Origin: Acidobacteriota bacterium
GTDB taxonomy: Bacteria > Bacteroidota > Ignavibacteria > Ignavibacteriales > SURF-24
DNA: 56,380 bases
Direction: 5' to 3'
Assembly (NCBI GenBank): GCA_050258415.1
Contig: JBLMYS010000361.1
Span: forward strand, 1 to 56,380
Part shown: in pieces, positions 35,751 to 45,804 of the stretch
Layout: each line of letters opens with the position of its first letter
How positions within the stretch are numbered: the first letter of the stretch is position 1
Translations under genes and position numbers: made by a program
The notes under the pieces: generated by a model
Told to the model about the DNA's origin: nothing
Database searches by the model: none
Seen by the model: the letters and a program-made list of their open reading frames with translations, nothing else

Positions 35751-37976
35751 TTATTTAATTACTGACATTTTCCTGGTTAAGATTTTTCCGTTTACGTTAA
35801 GCGAGTAGAAATATATTCCGCTGGGGATGCCTGAGGCATTAAAGTTCATCTTATACGTACCTGCACCCTGTATTCCATTTACCAGGCGCTTTACGAGGCG
35901 CCCAAGCATGTCATAGACCTCAAGCCTTACCGTGCTTAATTCCGGTATCGTATACTCAATAACAGTTGAGGGGTTGAATGGATTCGGATAATTCTGCATC
36001 AGGGCGTATGATGAAGGAACATCCTTTGATATTTCAACGCCAACAGTTGTATTGTTTGTGTATATTGACCCTTTAGGGCCGCAGAGCCAAAGCTTCCCGC
36101 TTTTGTCCAGAGCAGCTCCGGATACGGATGTTTTCGAATCAAATACGGTTGTATCCGTTGAAAAAGTCCAGCTCGTTCCTCCGTCGGAGGTCTGGTAAAT
36201 TCCGGTTTTGTATGGAGTAGCATTGTTTGTTCCGACAGCCCACCCATTGGACTGATCCCAAAAAGTAAGTCCAGTAAGGGTCTGTATTAGTCCGTCAGTT
36301 GCAACATAATTCCAATTTACACCGCCGTCAGTGGATTTGAACATGCATGCGTTTCCCACAGCAACGGCATCAGTCGGGCTCAGGAAGCTTATCTTAAGAA
36401 CGTGAGGGGTCTTCCCTAAGGGAACTCCGTTAAACTTTGAGGCAGTCCAGGTCTTTCCGCCGTCAGCGGTATAGAGGCCTTTAAGCCCTTCGGCAACAAC
36501 GGCTCCCCTGTTCTCATCTCCAAAGGCTACATCCTTTAAGTTGGCCATGATTATATTTGTTTTTATATCCCAGCTCTGGCCGCCATCGGTGGTTTTATAA
36601 ATTGCATCAACCCTGGTCCCGGTTTTCCCTACAACATATCCCATAAGTTCGTTAAAGAAATAGATGCCGTAAGAGATCTGTGTAACGTCAGTAGTATCTG
36701 AAAGAACGGCTTTCCATGTGTTCCCGCCGTCGGTGGTCTTTGCAATCATCCTGAAATTAAAGGATGCATAGCCGACGTTTTCGTTTAAGAAAAAGATGTC
36801 CTGGACATCAGGCGAAATATGATTTATCCTCAAATATTTTGCATTCCAGGAGTTTCCGCCGTCTGTGGACTTAAAGAAAGATCCGTCGCTTCCAGCGGCA
36901 TAAGCCACTTTATCAGAAGCAAACTGAATTGCACTTAGTGAAGCACCGGGAATTTTCATCACATGCTGCCACGTCGTTCCGAAGTCCGGTGAGTACAATA
37001 TTACGCCGCCGCTTCCGCAGACCCACAAATTGTCCCCCGCTCCGGTAATTGCGCTAAGATTAGCGCCGCAAGGGATATCCAGGGGGATCCAGGTTTTACC
37101 GCCGTTACTGGTTCTTAGTATGATGCTTCCTCTTGAGCCTCCCCCGGCTGCAACTCCGTTATTTGGGTCCTTAAAATATAGACCGCTGATATTGTCATAC
37201 GTCCTTTGTGAGACCTCCTGAACTGCAAACTCCCAGGTTGCTCCGCCATCAGTAGATTTGATAAGAATGCTCGGCTGCATGCCAATGAGGCTTCCCCAGC
37301 CTGCGGCGTATATATTACTTCCATCAGCAGCAAAGACATCCTTCAGGTCATATTTTGTATAGCTAAAGCCACCAAAAGGTGCAGGCTTTGACTTCGACCA
37401 GTTAATGCCGTCGGCCGTATAATAAATGTCGGTTGCAGCGGTACCAGTTGCCACAGCATGATTATTATTCCAGAAAGAAAACTTGTTCATCTTAATTCCG
37501 GTAAGAGGAAGGACGATATTCCACGTCTGGCCTCCATCAGCTGTCTTTAATATGCCGTATTCACTAACAAGGATCCAGCCAGTCATTTCATCCTGAAAAT
37601 AAACAGACTTGATTTCATTTGTTGTTCCGCTGACAGTAATGGGATTAAAGCTCAGGCCGCAGTCGGTAGTCTTAAGAAGCCTGGCTCCTTTTCCGGCAAT
37701 AAATCCGGTATTGCTGTTAATGAAGAATATTTCATTCAGGTCGCCTGCCTTGGAATCCCTGTAAATTTCCTTCCATTCCTTTCCTCCATCTGTCGTCTTA
37801 TAAATGACACCGTAGGGACCTGTGGTAAAGCCGGTGGACTGATTTAAGAAATAAATTCCATACAGGCTTTCCATCGGGGAAGGTGTAACTTTTTTCCAGT
37901 CCCCTGAAAACAATGATGTAAAAGGCACTGCCAAGACAATTGTGCAGAGAAGAACCTGACGGATAATATTCTTCAT
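35751..37976 (-). CDS. YCF48/BNR-repeat beta-propeller protein with a T9SS C-terminal sorting domain
   Basis: Many (K/S)T.DGG.TW Asp-box repeats; C-terminal QNYPNPFNPST...SGIYFY...KM. Confidence 0.88.
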   Translation of the reverse strand: MKNIIRQVLLCTIVLAVPFTSLFSGDWKKVTPSPMESLYGIYFLNQSTGFTTGPYGVIYKTTDGGKEWKEIYRDSKAGDLNEIFFINSNTGFIAGKGARLLKTTDCGLSFNPITVSGTTNEIKSVYFQDEMTGWILVSEYGILKTADGGQTWNIVLPLTGIKMNKFSFWNNNHAVATGTAATDIYYTADGINWSKSKPAPFGGFSYTKYDLKDVFAADGSNIYAAGWGSLIGMQPSILIKSTDGGATWEFAVQEVSQRTYDNISGLYFKDPNNGVAAGGGSRGSIILRTSNGGKTWIPLDIPCGANLSAITGAGDNLWVCGSGGVILYSPDFGTTWQHVMKIPGASLSAIQFASDKVAYAAGSDGSFFKSTDGGNSWNAKYLRINHISPDVQDIFFLNENVGYASFNFRMIAKTTDGGNTWKAVLSDTTDVTQISYGIYFFNELMGYVVGKTGTRVDAIYKTTDGGQSWDIKTNIIMANLKDVAFGDENRGAVVAEGLKGLYTADGGKTWTASKFNGVPLGKTPHVLKISFLSPTDAVAVGNACMFKSTDGGVNWNYVATDGLIQTLTGLTFWDQSNGWAVGTNNATPYKTGIYQTSDGGTSWTFSTDTTVFDSKTSVSGAALDKSGKLWLCGPKGSIYTNNTTVGVEISKDVPSSYALMQNYPNPFNPSTVIEYTIPELSTVRLEVYDMLGRLVKRLVNGIQGAGTYKMNFNASGIPSGIYFYSLNVNGKILTRKMSVIK

Positions 37977-37998
37977 TTTTTCACCGTAGTTATATTCA

Positions 37999-39465
37999 TT
38001 AAAAACTGTTTAGTCTTACTGTGGCAGCGGCACTGAAATGGTTCCTTGAGAGATCAGCGTAGCCCGAAGGAGACATATTGCCGTACTGCACGATAAAATC
38101 CACCTTTGTTGCTTCAAAGAGCCTAAAGCCCAGGCCCAGAGAGGCATTGTTCAGTACCACATTTTTACCACCCGTGATGAGATCCACCTGGTCTTTTCCG
38201 TAATTGTACCCGGCTCTTATGTACAAGTCGTCATAAACTCTTTTTTCGGCTCCAATTCGGACCATACTGTTGGTACTTGAAAGGCTGAGAAACTTTGAAT
38301 CGATATATTTTGAGGAATCTGCATTTAACAGATCGATTTCATAATCGATTCCAACAAGGAGATCCAGAGGCTGCACGCTGTAAGCGGCTCCCAGGCCTGC
38401 AGATGTTCTTTTAAGGTTCCACTGCCATATGAGGAGGTTAAGCTCTGAATTCTTGGACCATGAATCATCTTTTGAATACTCGAGGGCCGCTCCAAGGCTC
38501 AGGTTTCCTGAGACCTGGTATCTGGCATTAAATTCAAGGTTATAGTTCTCAAGGCTGGAATAGCCCTCTTCAAACTCCTTGATACTCTGTCCGCGTGGCA
38601 TGACCGCCCTTGCAGCAGAAACAGTATAATCCCCTTTTATTGCTGTTTCCAGGTTAATCAAAGGCCTGAAATATAGTTGTGCGCCGAAAGCATTTCCATT
38701 ATTGCGGAACTTCTCCTCCACTGTCGATTTTCTGATGGAAGTTGCATACGTATCACCCCTGAAGTTAAAAATCTCTACTTCAGTCTGTGCAATCACGTTT
38801 TTCATTTCGAGCGATTCCTGGCTATCGAATGTCTGGTAATCGAGCCCGAAGACAAAGTTATCTGAAAAGGCATACGCCACCCCAAGCTTTCCTCCTACAT
38901 TCCTGTAGATAGTCTTTGCCATTGAATAGATGTTTTTAAGTCCATCGAGCAGCTGATAATTTGCCTGGGCTCCCAGGAACAGGCCCGGCAATATTTCAAA
39001 GCTGTATGCAAAGCCCACCGAAGGCCCGTCGTACCTGAAATTACCGGTAGTAGAATCGGTTGGCAGAAAAGCTGTGCCGTCATAAGGGTTGCGCTTAATC
39101 GACCTGTATATGTCGCGTTTTTCCTCATAGCTGTAGGAAGCCATGCCCAGGAATGTGCCGCTATTTCCAAGCGGCTTCAGGCCTGTAAATGACATTCCCC
39201 CTCCGTTGGAAGCCTTAAAGTCATATGGCCTTCTGTAATCACCCCACTGCCTGTCATATGAAGGAGTTATCTTAAGCCATACCTCTTTCTCATCATTGAT
39301 AAGCCACGCAGGATTTTTCCCGAAGTCGTAGAGGTTCAGTGAATTATCCTGGTCTGATACAGCGTATTTAATTCCGCCTAGTGAATTCATCCTTACATTC
39401 TGCGCCTTTGAAACAGAGACAAGTACGCTGAATGTAGCAGCAATTAAAAGTAAACTTTTCTTCAT
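37999..39465 (-). CDS. Outer-membrane beta-barrel protein, DUF6850-like
   Basis: Signal peptide, NPA motif, alternating aromatic strands and terminal Phe; lies next to the DUF4876-like and TonB receptor genes. Confidence 0.65.
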   Translation of the reverse strand: MKKSLLLIAATFSVLVSVSKAQNVRMNSLGGIKYAVSDQDNSLNLYDFGKNPAWLINDEKEVWLKITPSYDRQWGDYRRPYDFKASNGGGMSFTGLKPLGNSGTFLGMASYSYEEKRDIYRSIKRNPYDGTAFLPTDSTTGNFRYDGPSVGFAYSFEILPGLFLGAQANYQLLDGLKNIYSMAKTIYRNVGGKLGVAYAFSDNFVFGLDYQTFDSQESLEMKNVIAQTEVEIFNFRGDTYATSIRKSTVEEKFRNNGNAFGAQLYFRPLINLETAIKGDYTVSAARAVMPRGQSIKEFEEGYSSLENYNLEFNARYQVSGNLSLGAALEYSKDDSWSKNSELNLLIWQWNLKRTSAGLGAAYSVQPLDLLVGIDYEIDLLNADSSKYIDSKFLSLSSTNSMVRIGAEKRVYDDLYIRAGYNYGKDQVDLITGGKNVVLNNASLGLGFRLFEATKVDFIVQYGNMSPSGYADLSRNHFSAAATVRLNSF

Positions 39466-39546
39466 CTATTTTTCATGCTCCTGCACTTTTCTAAACTTTT
39501 GCTTTTCTTAAATGATGCAAGCCTGGCATCACCTTATTTATTCCAA

Positions 39547-39630
39547 CTCAGATAAAAGGCAGAGTAGAACTTTATTATTCAATTTTTTTGTAGAACTTCA
39601 TAAAAAGTCTACTCGTACCTTTATCTTGAG
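39547..39630. repeat. Long imperfect inverted repeat (intergenic stem-loop)
   Basis: Left arm CTCAGATAAAAGGCAGAGTAGAACTTTAT versus reverse complement of the right arm CTCAAGATAAAGGTACGAGTAGACTTTTTAT. Confidence 0.65.
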
Positions 39631-39657
39631 GAGAGCAGCAATATTTAATTTTCACAT

Positions 39658-40788
39658 TTATTTCTGGTATCCCGGTGTCGGGTGTGATAAAATTTCCCAG
39701 TCCAGCGATCCGTCATTGGTATCGACCCCTGCCTCCCTTCTCTGCAGGGATTTGCCGCTGTACATTGGTGGGGCAAGAACAAAACCCCTGTCGATTCTTG
39801 AATCAAGAGTCTTCTCGGAAGTAGCAGTTCTCTGATACTCAATGCCATCGAGTATAGTTGAAATGTCCACACCGTCCTGCCAGTTTTCGTCCTTTCCGTT
39901 TGCAATTACAACTACGTCGCTTGTAAGTGCCACCATGAAATCACTCGGCTTATCGGGTCGCAAGTTCAGTAGATTAGGCACGTTGGGATTATCGATGTCA
40001 GTTGCAGAGTACTGGCTGTAAAATTCCCAATCGGCATGTGACAGATCCACGCTTGTGCTGTAGTTGGTCTTATGGTTCATGGCGTTTTGAGCCAGAACAA
40101 GAAACTTCCCGGGGAGAAACGGATAATTCTTTTCGCCATATTTACCAGGGAACTTAAATACAAACGTCACGCCGTCCATATCCCCGTCGTCTCCTTCGTC
40201 GGCACCCGGGCCCTTATGACCGTCAGTTGTCCCATTGCCTGTAACGCGCATTACCATCATGCCGTCTAAGTATTTAACGCTGTCGCTTGAGTTATAGAGT
40301 TCAATAAACTGGTCATAAAAGTAAAGATTGCTCACAGGGCCTACGGCATAAATCTCATTGATGGATATGCCGGAATTTGAAACCGGTCTGGCAATGATGG
40401 TGTCAATGGCAGTTTTGTCCATTGATGTGGAAACTGAAAGCTTCGTTCCCACCAGAGTTATTGACTGGTCGGCCGGGTGCTGCATTCTGACCGAAACGTT
40501 GTAAACCGCACACGGCAGGTCGTTTAGTTCCATTACTCCATTGGCATCTGTTGATTTTACCATATAGCCGTATTCGCACTGCAGGATCACCTTTGCGTTG
40601 GCCATAGGAACGTAGTGCGGCACCGAGTCGGCTGAGCTGTTATAATAGGCTCTCAGAATCATTTTTGATTCCCCGTCTGCCATCACGGGAGCCTTTTCAG
40701 CACACCCCTGCACAAACACCATAAAGAGAAAGGCTGAAGGGAGTAATAATCTTTTAATCAACATCTTTATTGTTAAAATATTTCTCAT
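39658..40788 (-). CDS. DUF4876-like lipoprotein (lamin-tail-like domain)
   Basis: Lipobox VQGC, INEIY, DQFIELYN.SD...YLDG, A.NH, VDLS.ADWEF, DNP.VPNL and PTPG. Confidence 0.72.
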   Translation of the reverse strand: MRNILTIKMLIKRLLLPSAFLFMVFVQGCAEKAPVMADGESKMILRAYYNSSADSVPHYVPMANAKVILQCEYGYMVKSTDANGVMELNDLPCAVYNVSVRMQHPADQSITLVGTKLSVSTSMDKTAIDTIIARPVSNSGISINEIYAVGPVSNLYFYDQFIELYNSSDSVKYLDGMMVMRVTGNGTTDGHKGPGADEGDDGDMDGVTFVFKFPGKYGEKNYPFLPGKFLVLAQNAMNHKTNYSTSVDLSHADWEFYSQYSATDIDNPNVPNLLNLRPDKPSDFMVALTSDVVVIANGKDENWQDGVDISTILDGIEYQRTATSEKTLDSRIDRGFVLAPPMYSGKSLQRREAGVDTNDGSLDWEILSHPTPGYQK

Positions 40789-43787
40789 TTGCCGCTCCTG
40801 CTAAATAGGTCATCTAAAATACAGCTGAATTCTATTCCATAGAACAGATCCGGATTCCTTGCCGACTCTGATATTGTCGTAGGCGAAGTATGAGTCCTGA
40901 AGATCGCCGGGTCATCGAGGAAATTATTCACGTAAAATGAAATTTCCGTATTCTTGGAAAGCGACTTGCTGATGCTCAGGTTAAAGAGCCACTTAGGAGT
41001 CTTGTGTTTTACTTCGCGCAGAAAGTCATAAGTCAGCTTATCGCTTTCGGAGAGTTTGCTATAATCCTCATACTCTGTATCAAGCGTCTGTGAATTTTCA
41101 AATACCACCTCTTCAGCCCTCAGGGTAACCCAGAGCCCAAGGGGAGGAAGAGTATATTTCATGTAATAGTTGATCTGAAACCTGTCGCGCCAGCTTGTAC
41201 CCGGCTGATATGTGAATGCCATGAGTGTATCCACGCCTGTAAGGGAAGGCTTATAGTTTGGTATCTGTCCCTTGGAGACGTCGGGAGAAAAGTCGTACTT
41301 AAGTCCTCCCTTTCCTGTATTGTTGCGGTTATAGGACCCTGTAACCTCAAAGTACATATTAAGAGCTTTTATCTTGTTCGTCCTTAAAGCAAACTCCAGC
41401 CCCTTTGAAATTGTCCAGCCCAGGTTCTGCGGCAAGGAGTAAGAGGTAATAAAGTATGCTTTAGTAACGCCGTTGTCGTTAAGGGCTTTAATGAAAGGGA
41501 TTGACTGGCTCTCGCTTTCATTTTTCCTTTCCTTGTAGTAAGCCGAGACCGTAGTTCCGAGGAAATTAAAAAACTTGTGGTCGTAGGCAGCTTCAAACTG
41601 TGCCTCTCTGTAACCTTTCAGCTCAGGAACGCGCAAGTTGAACTTATAATAATAATTTTTCCCGTCCAGGGGATTTCTCCAGGCATAGTAAGTAGGCTGC
41701 TTGTAAAGAGTGCTCATGGCAGGTGACTTGGACGTCGTGCCGGCACTCAGCCTCAGCTGATTGTACTTTGAAAAATAGACCATGAAGTTTACCCTGGGAT
41801 TTAAGAAAGAGCCCTGATGGCTTCTTATAAGGTCCCCGTCACCCCACAGCCCCTTTGCATTGAACTGGAAAGGGCGGTACATTTCATACCTCATACCAAA
41901 GACAAGATTATAGTCAAACAGCAGGTGCCAGGTCATTTTATCCTGTGCATATAGGCTTGTCAGGATTTGTCCCGGGATGTCATTAAAGCTGTATGATCTT
42001 TCGCCCGATTCAGGTCCGTAGTAGTTTAAGACTGAATCCAGTTTTACGCCTTCACCCGTATTGGCGTCGTACTGGATTTCGGTACCCATGAGCAGGTTAT
42101 GGACAACATCACCCGTAAAGAGGACCTTATTATATTCAAGTCTTCCCCCGACGTTCCATTCATTGCCACGGGTTTCCACCTTGCCGATGTAGGAAGAAAT
42201 TGTATCTCCGTTTGCCAGGGCTAAAAGGGCCGAGACGAGCCTGGACTTCATGGAATTCACTTTCTTGAAATCCACATTTGCATTGTATTCAAAAGATGAG
42301 GTGCCGTTATCGAAAGTGTATTTGCCCCAGCTGGAATATCCGAGTGAAAAACCCCGGTTGTAGTTTTTTGTTTTATAAATATCCCCCATAGGCTGTTCTT
42401 CATCAAAGATCATCTGGCCGTTTATCTTGTGGTTAAGAGTAAACTGGTTCTCAAATAATGAAGTCGAGTATATGCTCTGTCCAGTAACGCGAGTATATTC
42501 GTCGCCTTTTAGCCTCAGGTCCCTTTCACTTCTAGCAACGTTAAAATTGTAGCTTAAGCTGCTCTCACCCAGGTTAAAGCCGCCGCCTAAGTTAGCCTCA
42601 CGTGTGTCGGGGTTATTCTTCAGCTTCAGGCGGTTGGGCTGGTATCCGCTTTTAGTCTTAATGTTAATAACGCCTTCAGTAACATCCCCGTATCTGACTG
42701 AAGGGAGCCCCGTAATAATTTCAATAGATTCTATATTATCAGCGGGTATTGTTCTTAAGTCGACTCCTCCGCCCATGTTGGAGCCTCCTGTATTGACGTT
42801 ATGCATGGTTTCGAACTGAAGGTTTGCGTTATTCGAAACCGGAGAGCCGTCAATGACAACGAGAGTTCCAAGAGCCGAGAGCTGGTCCGTGTCGTCGCCG
42901 CGGACAGCCACCTGGCCGGTTTTTCCGATTCCCGGGTTTTCAGTCTTCTGCACTCCCGGTACCAGGTCTAAGACATCCTTAATGCTGGATGCCTGATAAT
43001 GCTCAATCTCGCCGCTGCTGATTGTGGTTTTTGTTGAAACATCTGTTGGCAAAAGCTCTGTTTTTCCCAACACTTCAATTCCGCCGATCTGGAAAGCCGA
43101 GGGCTTCAGTATAAAATCCACCTCGGCTGTCTTTCCATCCCCGAGGCTGAGGTTCTTTACAGAAGGCTCATAGCTGACAAAGGAAGCCTTGATTGTATAC
43201 TGGCCTGGTTTTACGTTCTTAATGATATAGTTGCCATTTAAGTCCGTGGCGCATCCGGCACCCGTTTCAAGAAGAACCACATTTGCCCCAAGGAGGCCTT
43301 CGCCTTTTTCGTCCCTGACAACGCCCTTAATAATTCCGCTTTTCAATGCTGCGGCTTTCTTCTTCACGAGTACTATCTGCCTGTTTCCATATTCCCTAAA
43401 GTCCAGGTTGTGGCCCGAAAGGACCATATTCAGCACATCCTTCAGTGGCTCATCAACAACATCAAGGTCTATAGCTCCTTTATCCACTAAGGCATCATTA
43501 TAAACCAGCTTTACTCCTGCCTTTTTTGCAATAGTCTGCAGGCAGTCCGAGAGCTCCCTGTTTTTCAGAGAAACAGAAACGGGCACCATCAGGCAGGAAC
43601 CCGGCATGCTCATTGCAGAAGGGACAGACTGGTCATTTATGAAAGACTGGTCGTCCTGGTTAAGAGACCCAACCCTCAGGCTTTCAATTTCTTCTGAGTC
43701 TTGATACTGTTGAGAAAAGGCCGCTTCCTGATACAGTACCAGGATGAGCAAAATGATAAAATGAAAGAAGATCTTCATAATCTTCAT
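40785..43787 (-). CDS. TonB-dependent transducer (STN domain, carboxypeptidase-like domain, plug and barrel)
   Basis: STN-like L...L..IAKKAGVKLVY; G..L.GANV...G.ATD.NG.Y; plug DLR.IP.DNIESIEII.G.PS.RYG...GVI.I.TK. Confidence 0.88.
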   Translation of the reverse strand: MKIMKIFFHFIILLILVLYQEAAFSQQYQDSEEIESLRVGSLNQDDQSFINDQSVPSAMSMPGSCLMVPVSVSLKNRELSDCLQTIAKKAGVKLVYNDALVDKGAIDLDVVDEPLKDVLNMVLSGHNLDFREYGNRQIVLVKKKAAALKSGIIKGVVRDEKGEGLLGANVVLLETGAGCATDLNGNYIIKNVKPGQYTIKASFVSYEPSVKNLSLGDGKTAEVDFILKPSAFQIGGIEVLGKTELLPTDVSTKTTISSGEIEHYQASSIKDVLDLVPGVQKTENPGIGKTGQVAVRGDDTDQLSALGTLVVIDGSPVSNNANLQFETMHNVNTGGSNMGGGVDLRTIPADNIESIEIITGLPSVRYGDVTEGVINIKTKSGYQPNRLKLKNNPDTREANLGGGFNLGESSLSYNFNVARSERDLRLKGDEYTRVTGQSIYSTSLFENQFTLNHKINGQMIFDEEQPMGDIYKTKNYNRGFSLGYSSWGKYTFDNGTSSFEYNANVDFKKVNSMKSRLVSALLALANGDTISSYIGKVETRGNEWNVGGRLEYNKVLFTGDVVHNLLMGTEIQYDANTGEGVKLDSVLNYYGPESGERSYSFNDIPGQILTSLYAQDKMTWHLLFDYNLVFGMRYEMYRPFQFNAKGLWGDGDLIRSHQGSFLNPRVNFMVYFSKYNQLRLSAGTTSKSPAMSTLYKQPTYYAWRNPLDGKNYYYKFNLRVPELKGYREAQFEAAYDHKFFNFLGTTVSAYYKERKNESESQSIPFIKALNDNGVTKAYFITSYSLPQNLGWTISKGLEFALRTNKIKALNMYFEVTGSYNRNNTGKGGLKYDFSPDVSKGQIPNYKPSLTGVDTLMAFTYQPGTSWRDRFQINYYMKYTLPPLGLWVTLRAEEVVFENSQTLDTEYEDYSKLSESDKLTYDFLREVKHKTPKWLFNLSISKSLSKNTEISFYVNNFLDDPAIFRTHTSPTTISESARNPDLFYGIEFSCILDDLFSRSGK

Positions 43788-43826
43788 AAAGTATCCCCAA
43801 ATTGCTTTTCACTTCTGAATTAATGT

Positions 43827-44945
43827 TTAACGAACAACTATCAGCTTACCTTCCCTTTTTACATCCATTTCCATCGTGAGTGAAACCATCGAAAGAATAT
43901 TATCCAGCGAATCAGAATCAAAAATTCCCGTAAGAGTTTTATTTTTTATAAACTTGTTTTTATATACTACCTGCACGTTATAAAAATTTTCAATTTCATT
44001 CATGACTTCCATGAGAGGGGCATGAACAAATGAAAGCTTGTTGTTTCGCCAGGCGGTATATCTGTGCACATCCACCTTAACCGGGGTGCTGAAGCCGTTT
44101 GCGGGATTGTAGGACACCATTTCCCCTTTAGGAACGCTGACAGAGTTATCGGGGGCTTTATAGGCTTTTACTTTCCCCTGAGTTACAACAAGGCTCAGCC
44201 TGTTACTGCGGTATTTCAGGTCGAATTCAGTGCCCACTACTTCTGTATATGTTTCACCGGTCTTGACAATAAAAGGCTGCTGTCTGTTATGGGCTACATC
44301 GAAATAAGCCTCTCCCAGAATCTCCACTTCCCTTTTGGGGCCTGAAAAAGTTTTGGGATAAAGAAGCCTGCTGTTTGAATTCAGGTAAACAATTGTCCCA
44401 TCTGCAAGAAGAACTGTACTTCTTTCCCCTTTCAGGTTAACCTTTTCAATTAACCTGGGGGAGACGACTGCCTGTTTAAGAGGCTCTTTAAGGCTTTCGT
44501 TGTTTACTCTTGAAAAAAGGTAATAAACACAAAATACCACGGCTATTGATGCGGCAATCCTGAGTGAAGAGTACAAAATATTGCTCCAGCTCTCTAAGGC
44601 TTGAGATTTTTCTTCCTCAGCATATTTTTCTTCCTCAGCATTTTTGGTGTTTTTTTCGCCCTGGAGGCGGAAAATTAAGGAGTTTTCAGATTTCCTGTTT
44701 TCTAAAGATTCTAAAGAGGCAATTCTGCTTTTTATTTTCATGAACTGCTCTTCAGCCGGCGGGGGTACAGGAAGCTTTACATTGCCGATCTTATCCCAAA
44801 GGAGTATGAAATTTCCAAATTCCTCCTTATGGTTCTCGGATTCCTGCAGCCAGCTTTCGAAGAATTCTCTTTCTTCCAGACTGACCTCATTTTTGATGAC
44901 CCTTACCAGAAACTGCGAATCGACTGTTTTAGGGAAAAACTTCAT
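43827..44945 (-). CDS. FecR-family anti-sigma factor
   Basis: N-terminal W...S..H motif, a TM helix, L.DGT.V.LNS.S.L, GEAYFDV and V.GT.F. Confidence 0.9.
   Translation of the reverse strand: MKFFPKTVDSQFLVRVIKNEVSLEEREFFESWLQESENHKEEFGNFILLWDKIGNVKLPVPPPAEEQFMKIKSRIASLESLENRKSENSLIFRLQGEKNTKNAEEEKYAEEEKSQALESWSNILYSSLRIAASIAVVFCVYYLFSRVNNESLKEPLKQAVVSPRLIEKVNLKGERSTVLLADGTIVYLNSNSRLLYPKTFSGPKREVEILGEAYFDVAHNRQQPFIVKTGETYTEVVGTEFDLKYRSNRLSLVVTQGKVKAYKAPDNSVSVPKGEMVSYNPANGFSTPVKVDVHRYTAWRNNKLSFVHAPLMEVMNEIENFYNVQVVYKNKFIKNKTLTGIFDSDSLDNILSMVSLTMEMDVKREGKLIVVR
44606..44641. repeat. Perfect in-frame 18-bp tandem duplication within fecR
   Basis: ATTTTTCTTCCTCAGCAT twice, encoding AEEEK twice in the cytoplasmic linker. 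Confidence 0.7.
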
Positions 44946-44975
44946 TTATATTATCTTTCAATTTTGTACTTATAT

Positions 44976-45001
44976 TACACCCTGAGAGGGAAAAAGTACT
45001 A
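44976..45001 (-). promoter_or_regulatory. Possible ECF-sigma-dependent promoter upstream of fecR
   Basis: Minus strand TAGTACT-N14-GTGTA. The position fits a cognate ECF promoter; the motif assignment is tentative. Confidence 0.3.
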
Positions 45002-45037
45002 TGGCATGGAAAGTTTTTCGGAATGATAAATGTAAAA

Positions 45038-45592
45038 CTAATCCAGGTGGGCGCTAAGCCTTTTCTTCAGTATGGAAATGGCTTTATTCATCTGGTTCTT
45101 TACGGTCTGGAGCGATATCTGAAGGCTTTCGGCAATTTCGGAATATCCAAGATCCTCATAGCGGCTTAGTATAAAGATGGCACGGCAGCGTTCGGGCAGT
45201 GTATTTATTGCCTTCTGAAAGTCGTCCATAAGAAATGCCTGGTCGTATTCCTTTTCAGGATCACGGCAGATTGTCACTAAAAGTTCTTCCTGGTTATAAA
45301 TGGGCTGAAGGGGCGGCTTGCGTGTTGCATGGTTGATTCCAAGGTTGCGTGCAATCCTGAAGAGCAGAGCCGTGGGTGAAAACGATGTGTCGAGCTTTTC
45401 CCTTACCTGCCAGAATTTGATGAAGGTGTCCTGCGTCAGGTCCTCGGCCGCCTGTCTCTCACCGGTATAGTGATACAGGAAACGGAACACAGAATGCTGA
45501 TAAAGGCAAAAGAATTCCTCAAATGCCTCCTCGTCTCCGCATTTAATCTGATGAAGTAATTTAACCCGCTCTTCTTCCAGCTGCTGTTCCAT
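45038..45592 (-). CDS. ECF RNA polymerase sigma-70 factor
   Basis: AEDLTQDTFIKFW (region 2); LPERCRAIF.LSR...Y.EIA..L.IS..TV (region 4). Confidence 0.92.
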   Translation of the reverse strand: MEQQLEEERVKLLHQIKCGDEEAFEEFFCLYQHSVFRFLYHYTGERQAAEDLTQDTFIKFWQVREKLDTSFSPTALLFRIARNLGINHATRKPPLQPIYNQEELLVTICRDPEKEYDQAFLMDDFQKAINTLPERCRAIFILSRYEDLGYSEIAESLQISLQTVKNQMNKAISILKKRLSAHLD

Positions 45593-45733
45593 TATCCGTT
45601 ATAAGCCTTAATGGGGGAAAAATTTTTGGCAACATACGGCAATTCCAAATTTTGCACAACAATTTTTTTTATTTTTTTTAAAAATCTTTCCCCAAATGAA
45701 AAACCTTGCAGATAAACATGCGGAATATAAGAG

Positions 45734-45754
45734 TGCCGGACATCATGTCCGGCA
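45734..45754. repeat. Perfect hairpin, near-copy of the hydrogenase operon terminator
   Basis: TGCCGGACAT-C-ATGTCCGGCA. Confidence 0.65.
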
Positions 45755-45804
45755 TTATGCCAATTAAAACTTTGAATCAATTGCAGACTTTTCTGTTTTG
45801 TATG

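Noticed and set aside
45592-45780. 62-aa ORF upstream of the ECF sigma gene
   Set aside because: It crosses a hairpin and poly-A/T promoter-like DNA, has a non-ATG start and shows no recognisable domain.
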